Assembly: GCA_050613775.1 (NCBI GenBank)
Contig: JBODTK010000133.1
Coordinates: 186,001 to 250,000, forward strand
Source of the DNA: Neocallimastix sp. 'constans'
Lineage: Eukaryota
Reading direction: 5' to 3'
Length of the DNA: 64,000 bases
The notes beneath the pieces are model-generated. The model was not told where the DNA came from, made no database searches, and worked only from the letters and a program-made list of their open reading frames with translations. The position numbers and the translations under genes were made by a program. The first letter of the stretch is position 1. Every line of letters begins with the position of its first letter. Below, piece by piece: positions 38,839-51,851 of this stretch.

Positions 38839-39111
38839 GGTGGTCAAGTGAATTTTGTGCCAATGAAGAAACACTACTATTATTTTTTTTATTACCTGTT
38901 TGATTTGATGGTCGAAGTGTATTTCGAACCAAATAATTGTTATTATAAGTGGTCGAAGTGTCATTCTAGCTTATAACCTTCAAATAATTATATCTTCTTT
39001 TGGTGATCGAAGGGTATTCGAACCAATAATATTGAATTTTCCTTAGGTGGTCGAGTGTTATTCGAACCTAAAAATATATTTCTTGTAGGTGGTCGAAGTG
39101 TATTTCGAACC
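38839..39111 (+). repeat. Array of six ~24-bp palindromic (hairpin) repeats, consensus GGTGGTCGAAGTGTATTTCGAACC, with unique AT-rich spacers
   Basis: Copies lie at 38839-38861, 38907-38930, 38948-38971, 39002-39024, 39046-39068 and 39088-39111. Spacers are 45, 17, 30, 21 and 19 bp. Strand assignment is tentative. Confidence 0.85.
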
Positions 39112-40106
39112 TCATATATATAACTATAACGATATAATTTAATAAACAATAATTATAAAATATTTTAATCTTGTAAACAATGTAAGTTATAAAAAATATA
39201 TATATATATATATATATATTTTTAATAATATCTATTATCTAAAGTGTTTGTAAACTTATAAAATTTTATACTATATTATATATATCTATAACACACACAT
39301 AAAAAAAGAAATAAAAATAAAATAAAAATAAAATAAAAATAAAATAAATAAATAAAAATAAAATAAATAAATAAAAATAAAATAAATAAATAAAAATAAA
39401 AATAAATAAATAGAAATAAAAATAAAAATAAAATAAATAAATAGAAATAAAAATAAAAATAAAATAAATAAATAAAAATAAAATAAAAATAAAATAAATA
39501 AAAATAAAAAAAAAAGTAAAATAAAGATTAAAATATTAAGAAAATAAAACATAATACAATTTTTTATTATTAAAATTTTATTATTAAATTTTTATTCTAA
39601 TCAAATAACTATTCTAAATGTATAAAAAGAACAAAATAGTACAATACTTTAGTTCTCTTTCTTTTTCTTACAACTACAACTTTATTATTGTATTATTCTT
39701 TTGTTATTTTAGAGTTAAATAATAAAATTAAATAGTTAAATTGAAATAAAATTTGTTTAAATAATTAAATTAGAATAGTTAAATAATTAAATTAGAATAG
39801 TTCAAATAATAAAATTAGAATAGATTAAACAATAAAAATAAAATAGTTTATTTTAAATAAAGTTAAATTAAAAATAATTTGAGTGTTGTTTTTAAGTGTT
39901 TTAAGATTTTGTGTTTAATGTTTAGAGTTAATAATTATTGATGAATAATTAGATTATTTAGATTATGTTTAAAATTATTTTTAGTTATTTTAGTTTAGTT
40001 AAATTATTTAATATTTAGATTATTAAATTAAAATAATAAATTAGAATAATAAAATAGAATATAAAATTTTCTTTAGTTATTAGAATATATTATTTTATTA
40101 TTAAAA

Positions 40107-40687
40107 CTCTTCAAGACTGTACCATTGTAAAAGGTAAGTTTATTATTAACTAAAATAACGAATAATAATTAATTTTAAAGGCTAAGATAACTTAGCACCT
40201 CTCTATTCGAGTTGTTAATAATAAACACTAGAATTAATTATAATTATAATTATTTATTCTTATTACACTAGAATATAGCGCAGCACTTTATAATTCTATT
40301 TGTTGTTAGTTACTGGGCTTACACAGGGTAAATTTATTTAATAATTATATTTTTATTTATTAATATTAATATTTAACAATTTACATTAATAGTAACGCTA
40401 GTGCGTTACAGTTACAAGTTCAATTATTATTTATACATGTTAATAATTTTATGATTGGTAAATAATTTAATTTAACTTAGTTTACTAATCACTAACTAAA
40501 AATATATTTAACTAAATATTTAATATATAATTAACTATAAAATAAACTATAAAATAATAAAATTTAATATACGAAATTTAAGATAAGATTTTATTTGATT
40601 AGCCGAAATTGCTAACTGTTCTAAGATACGTTACGTAACCAAAAAACTATCATTGGATGGGCTTGAAGTTAGCATGTATCTGTTACA
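40107..40687 (-). mobile_element. LTR (40126-40687) with adjacent PBS-like site
   Basis: The unit is bounded by TGTAAAAGG...TCTGTTACA. On the minus strand it is followed after one base by TGGTACAGTCTTGAAG (40124 downward), a TGG-starting PBS-like motif. It is highly similar to 40693-41258. Confidence 0.75.
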
Positions 40688-40692
40688 TATTG

Positions 40693-41258
40693 TGTAAAAG
40701 GTAAGTTTATTATTAACTAAAATAACGAATAATAACTAATTTTAAAGGCTAAGATAACTTAACACCTCTCTATTCGAGTTGTTAATAATAAACACTAAAA
40801 TTAATTATAATTATAATTACTTATTTCTAATACTCTGGAATATAGCGCAGCACTTTATAACTCTATTTCATATTAGTTACTGGGCTTACACAGGGTAATT
40901 TATTTATTTAATAATCATATTTTTACTTATATTAATATTCATTTTAACAATTTATGTTAATAGTAACGCTAGTGCGTTACAGTTACAAGTTCAGTTATTT
41001 TTATACATGTTAATAATTTTATGATTGGTAAATAATTTAATTTAACTTAGTTTACTAATCAACTAAATAAAATATATTTAACTAAATATTTAATATATAA
41101 TTAACTATAAAATAAACTATAAAATAATAAAATTTAATGTACGAAGTTTAAGAAAAGATTTTATTTGATTAGCCGAAGTTGCTAACTGTTTAGAGATATG
41201 TTAACGTAAACAAAGAACTATCATTGGATAGGCTTGAAGTTACCATGTATCTGTTACA
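40693..41258 (-). mobile_element. Solo LTR, same family as 40126-40687
   Basis: Colinear diverged copy with TG...CA ends, flanked by TATTG (40688-40692) and TTTTG (41259-41263), i.e. a 5-bp TSD with one mismatch. Confidence 0.75.
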
Positions 41259-41507
41259 TTTTGGTATGTGTAAGAATCAATAATTATTTTTAAATAAAAT
41301 AATTATATTATCTTAGTTAAGTTATATTTATTCATTTAAATATTATTAATAATTTATTTAATTCAATTTTAGATATTCATTAATTTAATATAACAAAAAT
41401 TATTTAATTATTATTTATACATTTATAAATAATTAAAATTTATTTAATTATACATTTAATTATTAAATTTATGTCTTAGCTTATTTAATTAAATTGTAAA
41501 CAAATAC

Positions 41508-41612
41508 ATTATGTATTCTATTATGTATTCTATTATGTATTCTATTATGTATTCTATTATGTATTCTATTATGTATTCTATTATGTATTCTATTATGTAT
41601 TCTATTATGTAT
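41508..41612. repeat. Tandem repeat (ATTATGTATTCT)n, about 8-9 copies
   Basis: Directly visible perfect 12-bp period. Confidence 0.92.
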
Positions 41613-42228
41613 TTAATAATGTATTCCGTATTTTTGTTGATTAATATTATTAATATGTTATTTTCCTTATTTGTAAATTTATGATTTTATGATTGAAATA
41701 TCTTTTATTATTTTATTCTTTTATTTTCGATCAATTAGATTAGATTAGCAAATCGGTTAATTAGGGTTTTTCCTAATCACTTCTTAAAAGTAATTGGTTT
41801 TACCTAAATGATACGATGATCGATATGAATAGAATATCGATCAAAAATCTTATCTAGGTTTTTCTCTCTAATCTTTTCCTAGATAAGAGATTTGTTAAGA
41901 TTAGAAAACACTTTTTTTAATTTAACCTTATTTTTCAAAAAAAAATAAATAAGGCTCTTGAGTTCTCTTTGAGAAATCAAGAGTTATTATTATAATGATT
42001 ATAATATAACAATTATAATATAATAATAACAAAATTAAATATTTATATTTCTTATTTAATAAAGATAGTTTAATAATAAAATAAATTTTAAAATAAAAAA
42101 TAAAATAAATAAAAAATTTTCCTCGTAACGAATTGGTGTAACTTTTGGTATTTGTTTATTATAATCAAGTTATAATAAACTCTTCAATATTTAGATAAGC
42201 ATAAATTTACTATTTTATTTTTCTCAAT

Positions 42229-43239
42229 TTAATAATAATTTTTAGTATCATAATTAAAATTATTAAAATTGCTATTATTCATTGGGTAATTAGAATTATA
42301 AAAACTGCGGTTGGAATTATGAAAAGTATTATTTTCATTAGCCCCGAAATCATTACGTTTTAGAAATTTGTATTGTGTAAATCCTGCACAATCGGAAATT
42401 GAATGGCCTTTTTCGTGACAGAACTTACAAAAAGAAACTTTTTGTTTATTGTTAAAATTAGACTAGTTTAAATTATTATAATTATTATAATTATTATGAT
42501 TATTATTGGAATTATTTATATTATTGTTATTATTAAATTTAGGATTTTTATTAAAATTAGTATTTTTGTTAATTTTATTTTTAGAGAACCCATTATTATT
42601 CTGAGTTTTAATTCTTAATTCAACTTCTAATTTATCGTAGAACTCAGCTGCTTCCAAAGCTTCTTCTATAGTGATATCTTTATTTTTAGTTTCCAATTTA
42701 ATATTGCGCCACACCGAAACTTTATTTATTATGGCATCTAGGTAATCACTGGTGAATAACCTAAGTTTGAATTTATCATCCAACTTATTATATAATTCAG
42801 TGTATTTCTGGTTGAATTTTATGATATCATCGTTTTTATTTATTTTCATTGATTTCAGTTCATTGATGATATCTTCTGGATTTCTTTTCATTTTGTAAGT
42901 TTTAAGTAGTATTTCCTTCATCTCTTCTAATGAAGGAAATTCTTGTTCACCTAGACAATTTATTTTTACAGCTGCCGTGATATTTTTGGCCCCTTCGCCT
43001 TGTACTTTCATTAAGCACCAGTCAAAATAGTTACGTGGTTGTTTAAAACCTTGAACTCGATTCCAAACCACAAATTGATTGTACCATTCTTCTACGTTAT
43101 GGTCTTTATCGTTAATGGTAATGATACCTTGTAAGGACATGAGGCGATACTGCCTTATCATATTATCATTGAATTCTTGCATTTTTTTCTTATTTCTTAA
43201 TTCAATTAATTTTTTTAAATATATTTCAAACGAAGCCAC
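42229..43239 (-). pseudogene. Retrotransposon gag-like gene with CCHC zinc knuckle, interrupted by one in-frame TAG
   Basis: The 258-aa ORF (GTG start) has capsid-like helical motifs (VEEW, IIKFNQKYTELY, TIEEALEAAE). The same frame continues past the TAG at 42465-42463 into CKFCHEKGHSISDC (CX2CX4HX4C) and ends at TAA 42231-42229. No pol is recognisable downstream. Confidence 0.75.
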
Positions 43240-46200
43240 TTTACTTCAATATAGACTATTTGTAGTCAGGTGATTTAATAATACTTTATGTAAATTTATT
43301 TAAATTTAGAATAATATTCTTATTTTAAAATTCAATATATATACTATATTATAATATATTTAATAATAATTATTATGGTGTTGTTATTATTAGTACCAAT
43401 TCCGACCAAAGTAACTATAATAGATGTATTGATTAGGGTCTTTCGCACAATAATAACGGTTCCGTCACCTTATTCACACGATCTATGTTCCGTCACGTGC
43501 TTCAGGATCTTGTTATTACTGCCTAATATGCCCCTGGTGAGAATCAACACGACTTGTCTATGCTGAGATACTTTGTTAATTAGTTACTAATAAGAAAAGT
43601 ATATTTCTATTAGCAACGCCACAATAATAAAAAAAATTTTTTTTAATAATATATATAAATATATATTACAATATATTTATATATATAATAAGATATAATC
43701 AACTCTTTTAATAAAATTATATAAATATATATTACAATATATTTATATATAAGACTATTTAATCAATTTTTATATAAATTATATAAATATATATTAAGAT
43801 ATATTTATATATATAAATACTAAAAAAAATTTAATAAAACTAATTTTTAAAATTAATTTTTAAATTTTTGAAATATAAATTTTTAAGAAATTTAGAAATT
43901 ATATATTTTTATTTTTATATTATTTTATTTTTTTTTTAATAATTATTGTAAAATAATTATAAAATCTTCCCCTCCAAAGAGAACCGATATCTCCACCATT
44001 TGATAAAGTATGCCTTGGTTCAGTCTCTTACTGGGAGAAGTTATATAAATTACTTATGAAATTTATTAATATAATATAATTTTATTTACTTATTTATTAA
44101 ATATTTATTTATTTATTTTATAATTTAAATTTATTTAATTAACTAATAATTTTTATAAATTCATATTAAATATCATTAAACTAATTTTACTAATAAAATA
44201 TATTTATTTGGCAATTTTTATTATTATAATTTTAAATACTTGAATTGCATGAATGGCAATTTGCAAAACTGCAAAATTACAAAGAATAAATATAAAGAAA
44301 AAGGTATTCTTTATATAATACTCTTTTATTATAAACTATTTTAAAATAATAAGAAATATTTAGTTGAATATTATAAAAAGTATAATATAAATAATAAAAT
44401 ATTTATAATAATTAGAACATATAAAAATATAATAAAAATATAATAAAAATAATTAAAATGAAATAAAATAAAACTTAATTAATTTATAAATTATTTACAC
44501 ATTTACATAACATAAAATTTATATTATAAATTTTATGTTTACATTAATTTTATGTATTTTTAGAGAATTTATGTTGTTACATAAATTTATCTTATATCAC
44601 ATTATTTCTAGATCATTTTATATATCATATGATGATAATTAATCAAGTGATTAATTGGTTTATTTTTATGTAATTATTAATAAAATAATTTATTAATAAT
44701 TAAGGTTTTTATTTTCATTTCATATCATCTTATATAACCCCAAACCATAGCATTTTGAAACGTACAGGAATATATCTTCATTCATAATATAGAGTTCTGA
44801 AAGTGATATATCCTCGTTTCTTATATATTATATAATAATTTAGATTTTAATATTTATATTTATCATAATAACTTCATTTTATTATGTATTTAAATATTTT
44901 AGTTCATTATATAATTTTGTTTAATTATTTATTTTAATACATATTTAATTATTTATTTATTTATTTAATTTATTTAATTTATTATAATTTAATTTTATGA
45001 TTACTTAGCTATTAAAACTATATGTAATAGTTTCTAAAACTAATTATTTTATTTCTCTTTTTATATCAATTTTCCAATTTATAATTTGTTAAATATTGGT
45101 TCCTAAATGGTAGACCAAAAAAAATCTTCATCTAGTAGATTCCAAGTTATTATTACGTTTGTTAAATAGAAGGTAATTGTTATTGTAACGCTAACACTAA
45201 AATAGATTACAATAACCATTAAAAAAAAGACTTTAAAATTAATAATTTTATAAAAAAAATTTTTATCTCAAAGTTATTGTAATCTATTGTAAAGATGTGA
45301 TTATCCCAATCACATTTTAAATTAAAAATTTTTCTTGTGTAATTCAAAAATGTAAATTATTCTTTGATTTATAAAATAATAAGCAAAGTAAATAAATCAT
45401 ATGAACTAAATTTTTGAATTATATTCTTTAAACCACAAGATAAATTTTTAATGTAATAATTTTTATAAAATTTAATTCTGAGAAAATTATTGTTGTAAAA
45501 TAATTTAAATGAATTAATTAAAGTTTAAAACAAAATAAATTAATAATTTATTTTGTGAAAATTAAGTTTCAAAATTTAATCATGACTCCTTTAACATTGT
45601 TTTTAAATCGAAAATAAATAAAGACTTTACTTATAATATTAAAATAATAAATAGATAATAAATGTACTTAATTTTAATTATTTAGTATTTAGTTTAGTTA
45701 ATAATTATATTTTTCTAAATTTAGCTATATTATATAATTTTATTATTTAATAAAATTCATTAGGATAGTTTTATATTAAAATATATGTAATTTAAATAAA
45801 ATAATATATTATCAATGTATTTAGGAAAAGTATAAATAGAAGATACTTTTCACATTTTTTTCTCGATGTAATTGTTATTTTTAACAAACAACTATTAAAT
45901 ATTAATAAAATATATTTTTAATAAAAATATTTTTTTAATAAAATAAAATTTATTGTGTCTTGTTATTGTAATCTATTTTAGTATTTTCTTTTACATCTAT
46001 TTTAATGTTAGCATTACAGTTATGAAAATAATTTATTTTGTCATAAATTAAATTTTATAAATAATTTTAAAATCAAATATAATTATTACTTATATTATTA
46101 AAAAATAATTATATATTAATATACTATTATTGTAAAATTTTATTATTAAAAACTATATACTTTTTTATAAACAAGATATTATAAAAATTTTATTAAGATT

Positions 46201-49200
46201 ATTAATTAAACTTATTAAATATTATAAAAATTTATTATTAAAAATTATTAATTATAAAATTTACTATAAAAATTATTAAATATTATAAAATTTTATTCTA
46301 TTCTTGAAAATAATTACAATATATTATTTGAAATAATTATGGATTATTAAATTGCTTATATTAATCTTTAAATATGTTTTTATTAAACTTAAAACATGTC
46401 AAAGAAAGTAATAAAACTATTTTCTATATATTTATTTTATAATTTTTTTATTTTAAATTAAATTTAAATATTATATTATTATATTTATAAAAATTAAAAC
46501 AAAAATAAACTATTGATATAAATTTAATTCAATAATTCTATAAAATTATTAAACTTCTTAACAATTAATTATAGTTTAATTTTACAAGAAAATTTAAATA
46601 TAAAAATTCTAAAGGAAAACATATGGGTAATTGAAAAATTGTAATCCTCGTAATCTACCATGGAACCCTTGTAAAATAAAAAAAAAAATTATTAAATCAA
46701 AATTTTTTAAAAAAAATATCTTTTATTCTTATATTATTATCATCATAATCCAAAAAAAATTTTATAGTTTTTTGTTATCAGTATGTGTGTGTGTTGTGGT
46801 TGTCATAATAAATGAACATTAGTTTTATTTGGTCATCCCATACTCCAAATAAACTTCACACTGAGCTTACTGCGTAATAAGCCGTTAGATATTTTCTGTA
46901 ATGACAAGTGGTTTAATCAGGTGATAAAAAAGGAACACATAATGAACTAATCAATCCCCAATTAGATATATAGAGGTAATTACTAAATTGTTGTAAAAGT
47001 TGTATAATGGTATTAAAAATAAACCAAAAACGTAAAAAAAAAAAAATTTTTTTTTATGATCTTAAAGTCTCAGTAACACTTAACAATTCTCACCGTGTTA
47101 TTTTCTTGAAAAAATTTTCGTCGGAAAACTAAACTCGTTCTGTTCGGTTTACGCAAGTGGGGTTAAAGCCGAGAAACCGTGCTTTTTTGTCTCTTTTGGT
47201 TGTGAGTCCTTGGAGGAAGCGTACTAGGCTTTTTTCTATCTATGCTGACCTGAAACAATGATTACTAAAGTAGGTGACAAACTCTTGACTTTAGTTAACA
47301 ACTTTTCAAGCCCCACTTTTCTTAGTTTCCTCTACTGAGTTCTCTTGCAACCATAGCAGTTTGTTCCCTTTTCGAATTATTTTCAAGCTTATCTTTTCCG
47401 TAGGATTATCGATAATTTTATTCTTTTGGTTTTTGATCTTAATCTGCTCACCTATCATCGATCAAATAATCATAGTAATCGCCAATATATTCTATACTTC
47501 TTTTATGGTAGAATTGTCTGGTTAATTCGTATACCGTATCTCTAATTTTCTGGTTTTCTATAACCTGATTTATAAGGTTAGTTATTCTTGCTGTAGATTT
47601 TAACTTCCTTTCTAGCTTTATCTTCGAATACTTAACCTTCCGCTCTGGAGGCGGACGGGCGAGTGTTACACCGACCCTCCTTCGTTGAATTTTAATGTAA
47701 GGATGATCCGGTACTATCATAAAAACCATAATTTAGTAAAGGTTAGGTTAGAAATTATTTAATGAAATATTATTGGATAATTTAGTAATAATATATATAG
47801 TTAGTAAATAATATTTCTAAGAACAGTTCTTTTATATAATTTTATTTTTATTAATAATTTAACCCATAAGCATATTTATTAATATAGTTTAGTTTTATAT
47901 ATAGTTTATATTAATTATATGAGAGATTTTAGTGATTTATAATGTTTTATTGAATGATTTTATTATATTTTAACTAGTTAATAAATATTTTATATTGATG
48001 AATAATAATAAATAAATAAAATAAATATTAAAGATTGGGTATTATTACTGTGTATATTCTATATAATATTAGAATATATTTGTCAATTACTCCCTACTGT
48101 TATCGTCTATATAAAATAAAATAAATATTGATATTGATGCTTTATAAATATCATATATCAATTGTGGTAATAGAATTTTCGTTTTTTCTTGAATTTAAAA
48201 TTTATTATATTATAAATTAAATCTATTATAATAAAAAAAGTTTTAAATTTAACTGTTTACTAAGGTTTAAGATTAATTATATTTCAATTCAAATGAGATA
48301 TTCTTCTTATGGCAATTTTCGCTTATTTGTACAAAATTATTATAATATCTTTACTGTATCTTAATATTGAATTCAATATAAAATCTTAGGGTTACCTAAC
48401 CCTAATAATTCTATTAACAAATTCTTTATTGAAGTTATTAAAAAACTATTTTTGTATTGTTATCATTAATTTATCAAGCCAATTATTATTATTTCAACAA
48501 ACAGAGTTAATTTTCATTTTGTTTAAGTGTTAAATAACTCATTATTTTCTATTTTCAACTAAAATTGTAATTTTAAATCTCACTCTTGCAATTTCAAGAT
48601 TTCAATTTTACATCTCAAAAATATCTCATACAGTTGAGATTTTTTTTAAATTATAAGGATTAGAACTTTCAATGATTTTCTCTTCCAGAATAATGATAGG
48701 GGTTATATATAATGATTTGTATTGTTTTACTATTCCTAATTATACAATTTTCCCTGAACCTTAACACGGTAAAGTCAGAGCCATTCATGACCATTGGCTT
48801 TATGATTATATAATATAAATTTTGAAAATAAATCCTAAAATTCTTTGAAAGAAATACAAAGGAAAAATGACTTTAGAATTGATGTATCCTTAAAAAATAA
48901 TGATTCCAATGAAATAAATCATTCCTCCGACATAATTCAATCTCTATCCTCTTCTCCTATTGCTGATAAAGAAATTAAATTACTTGTAAGTTAATAAATT
49001 AAGATTTAAGTTAATTACTTTTAATAAATAGTCCTAACCCTAACTACCTAATTACTTTTAATTAATTAAAACGTAATTAATTTATTAAATAACTTACAAG
49101 TAATTTGTAATATTATATCTGTTAATTAAATAATATTTTATTAAATTTTTAAATATTAATAGAACTTATTTCCATAAAAACAAATTTTCAAATTACTTTT

Positions 49201-49890
49201 TTTTTTTTAAATTACACTGATCTGATGTGTTAAACACCCTCTCTTTCAGTTACAATAAAAAGCACCGATTCCTTTCTGTAACTGTTACAGGTATAAATAA
49301 AGCACTTGATCATACTAAACTATTAAATAATATAATGAATATTCCTAATATTTTTTGCAATGATACTGATTTAAAAAAAAAAGATATTTGCTCTATTAAC
49401 TGTTAATCTAAAAGATATCATACCCTTCACTTTACCTTCTAATACTTCGAAAGTAAAAGAAAGAGAGTATACAAAGCAAAACATTAATTAAAATTTAAAA
49501 AAGAAAAATTAGAAAACCTATAGATTAGTTTCAAATATTAAGAAAACCAATTCCAAAGAAAGATAATAGGAAAAAAGAAATTCAAAGTATTCATACCCTA
49601 ACCCTAGTATCATTCATTCAAAATAATGAAAATATTGAAATAAAAAATGTATAAACTATTAAAAAAAATTAAAAAAATTATAAATATTTTTTCAAAAAGT
49701 AAAAATGTAAAAATAAATATTTAGATCGAAGTAATAATGTTTTTTTTTTTTATTTTTTATTACTAATTTTCTTCTTATTATTTCAACTTATTTATTAGGT
49801 TAGTTAATTTAAAAGTTAAAAAAAATTTAAATAAAATAAAAAAAAATTAAAAAAATTAATAGCTCATTTTCATTTAAATTTAGAAATATA

Positions 49891-50190
49891 ATGAGCAAAA
49901 AACGCCAAATCATCCTTCTGAAGTAATAAAGATATTAAAAGGATGGTTTAAAAACAAAGCCTACCCTAATCCAACTAGCCAAGAAAAATTTGAATAATAC
50001 AAATCCACAGGATTAACTTTAGTATATAATATTAAAATATAATAGAAACACAAACAGTATACTTTATTACAATTTTTTTTAATATACCTATAATTAAATT
50101 TTTTTTTTTTTTTATTTTATAAAGTTTTAAAAACTTTATTAAATAAACAAATTGATAATATTATAAAATTTTTATTTTTAGGTTAATAAT
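49891..50190 (+). pseudogene. Decayed TALE/KN-type homeodomain gene fragment
   Basis: MSKKR/(frameshift)PNHPSEVIKILKGWFKNKAYPNPTSQEKFE*YKSTGLTL is followed by a GT..AG intron-like gap (50022-50181) and then VNN. This resembles TALE helices 1-3 (LxxW...PYPTxxEK...TGLT..QVNNWF). Confidence 0.55.
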
Positions 50191-50217
50191 TTCTAGGTTT
50201 TTCTATCAAATCTTTTT

Positions 50218-50611
50218 TGTACAAAGAAAAGTTTTATTATTCTCTATAAAATAATATTAATTCAACACTTAAAATAATATAGCACAACACTATTTACTCT
50301 ATCCCTTAATAGAAAGGTTAGGTTTACACTAAATATTTATAATTTATTATTTTAATTATTTATTTTTTATTTAATAATAAAATATTTTTGTTAATACAAA
50401 TTACGTTGATAGTAATACTAGTGCGATACCGATTCAATTACATGGTTTATTTATACATGTTAGTAAATTTTATGATTGAATTTATATTTGGTTTAAATAA
50501 ACTTTCTAATCAATTATAAAGCAATCCAACTAAAAATAAATTTAACTATATATAGAAATTAATAGTCAAACATAATAAAATTAATATATGTTATAGATCT
50601 CCAGCGTAACA
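50218..50611. mobile_element. Diverged LTR related to the 40.1-41.3 kb LTR family
   Basis: It shares the blocks ATAGTAAxxCTAGTGCGxTAC, TTATACATGTTAxTAAxTTTATGATTG and AGC.CA.CACT with 40126-40687. Candidate ends are TGTACAAAG and GCGTAACA (approximate). Confidence 0.5.
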
Positions 50612-51404
50612 TTCAAATGAATATAATTTTAGCTTTAAATTAATGGGAAATTTTCATTATTTGTAGTTATCTTTTTCTTTAATTTATTTTTGTCAATTTC
50701 TTAAGGGTTAGTTTAAATTAAATTAAATTCGTATTTATTTTTATAATAAAAAAAAAGGAATTTTAAAATAAAATTGTTAAATTATCAACAACGAAATGAT
50801 TTCGATTGATCTACTTTTGAATTTCAATTATAAATCCAGTAATATTCATGACATTTTTCGTTCATTACCCAGATAATCTCTTTCGAAAATCTTTAAATAT
50901 TCAAATGATGATTCACTATGCCTTAAAGTACCTAAATATTTTATTTATACTTAGGATTGACAGTAGGGAAAGTTGACAAGATAATATATTTTAATAAATA
51001 TATAATATAATAACACTAAATAATAATATTCTATATTAAACTATTTAAATGATTTCTTATTTTATTTGTTTATTAATTTATTCGTTATACAATTATTATA
51101 CATTATTATCATCAAATATAATTAGAAACTCTTAATATTAATAATTTATATTTTTCTAATTATAAACTATCATTACTAATTAATATACATGTCATCAATA
51201 TATTAATATATATAATTATTATTATAAATTATAATTTTATTCTTTTAAACTACTTTATGAATTCTACAATTCACTCTATAATTTATAATATTTCAAGAAT
51301 CCCTTTAATAAAATTAATATATATTATTATAAATTATTATATAGTTAATCATGCTATTACATACAATTTAACTATAATATTTTACTAAATTATAATATTT
51401 ATAC

Positions 51405-51851
51405 GCGTCACGCATCAAGATGTCTCCACTTTAGATAAGATTTCGTCCCATGTAGCTTTTTTTTTTTTTTTTTTTTTGCTGTTGTTTTTTCTCTTATTTA
51501 TTCTGTTAAGATTTATTATTTCCCTTATATTCTTTCTTAGTTTCAGTGTTATATCGTTTGTTTGAATTCGTGTTAAACTGAGTAAAAATTACCATTAAAA
51601 CTATTTAACTGATAGTAAATTATTTCCACAGGTGTTTATATAGTAATTTCCATTTCTTGAGTTATTCTTATATTTTCAGTTATAATAAGTATTTTCTCGA
51701 TTTTTCCAGCTCTTTCAGAATGGTTTATTGCATCTTCAAGACTCTGACATTCTGACATTCTTTCTCTAAGACTAAACATACAAGAATAAATTCTAGATTT
51801 AATTGCTTCAATATAATCATCAACGTTAACTTTTTTGTAATTCACATCCAA
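51405..51851 (-). pseudogene. Second gag-like relic
   Basis: VNVDDYIEAIK...SLEDAINHSERAGKIEKIL parallels FTSDYLDAII...TIEEALEAAEFYDKLE of the 42-43 kb gag. An Asn-rich tail and a decayed knuckle-like remnant (GDILMRD) follow. Confidence 0.5.

Noticed and set aside
38839..39111. Bona fide CRISPR array
   Set aside because: Spacer lengths are irregular (17-45 bp), repeats are divergent, no cas gene is present and the context is eukaryotic. It is kept as a hairpin array instead.
39001..39111. tRNA genes (GGTTCGAA on the minus strand)
   Set aside because: No D-arm, anticodon arm or A-box at the right spacing, and the B-box lacks the conserved terminal C.
11686..39552. Hydrophobic F/I/L/Y-rich ORFs (11686, 13161, 29065, 29084, 35621, 36555, 39286 and similar)
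   Set aside because: They are translations of AT microsatellites and homopolymers, not membrane proteins.
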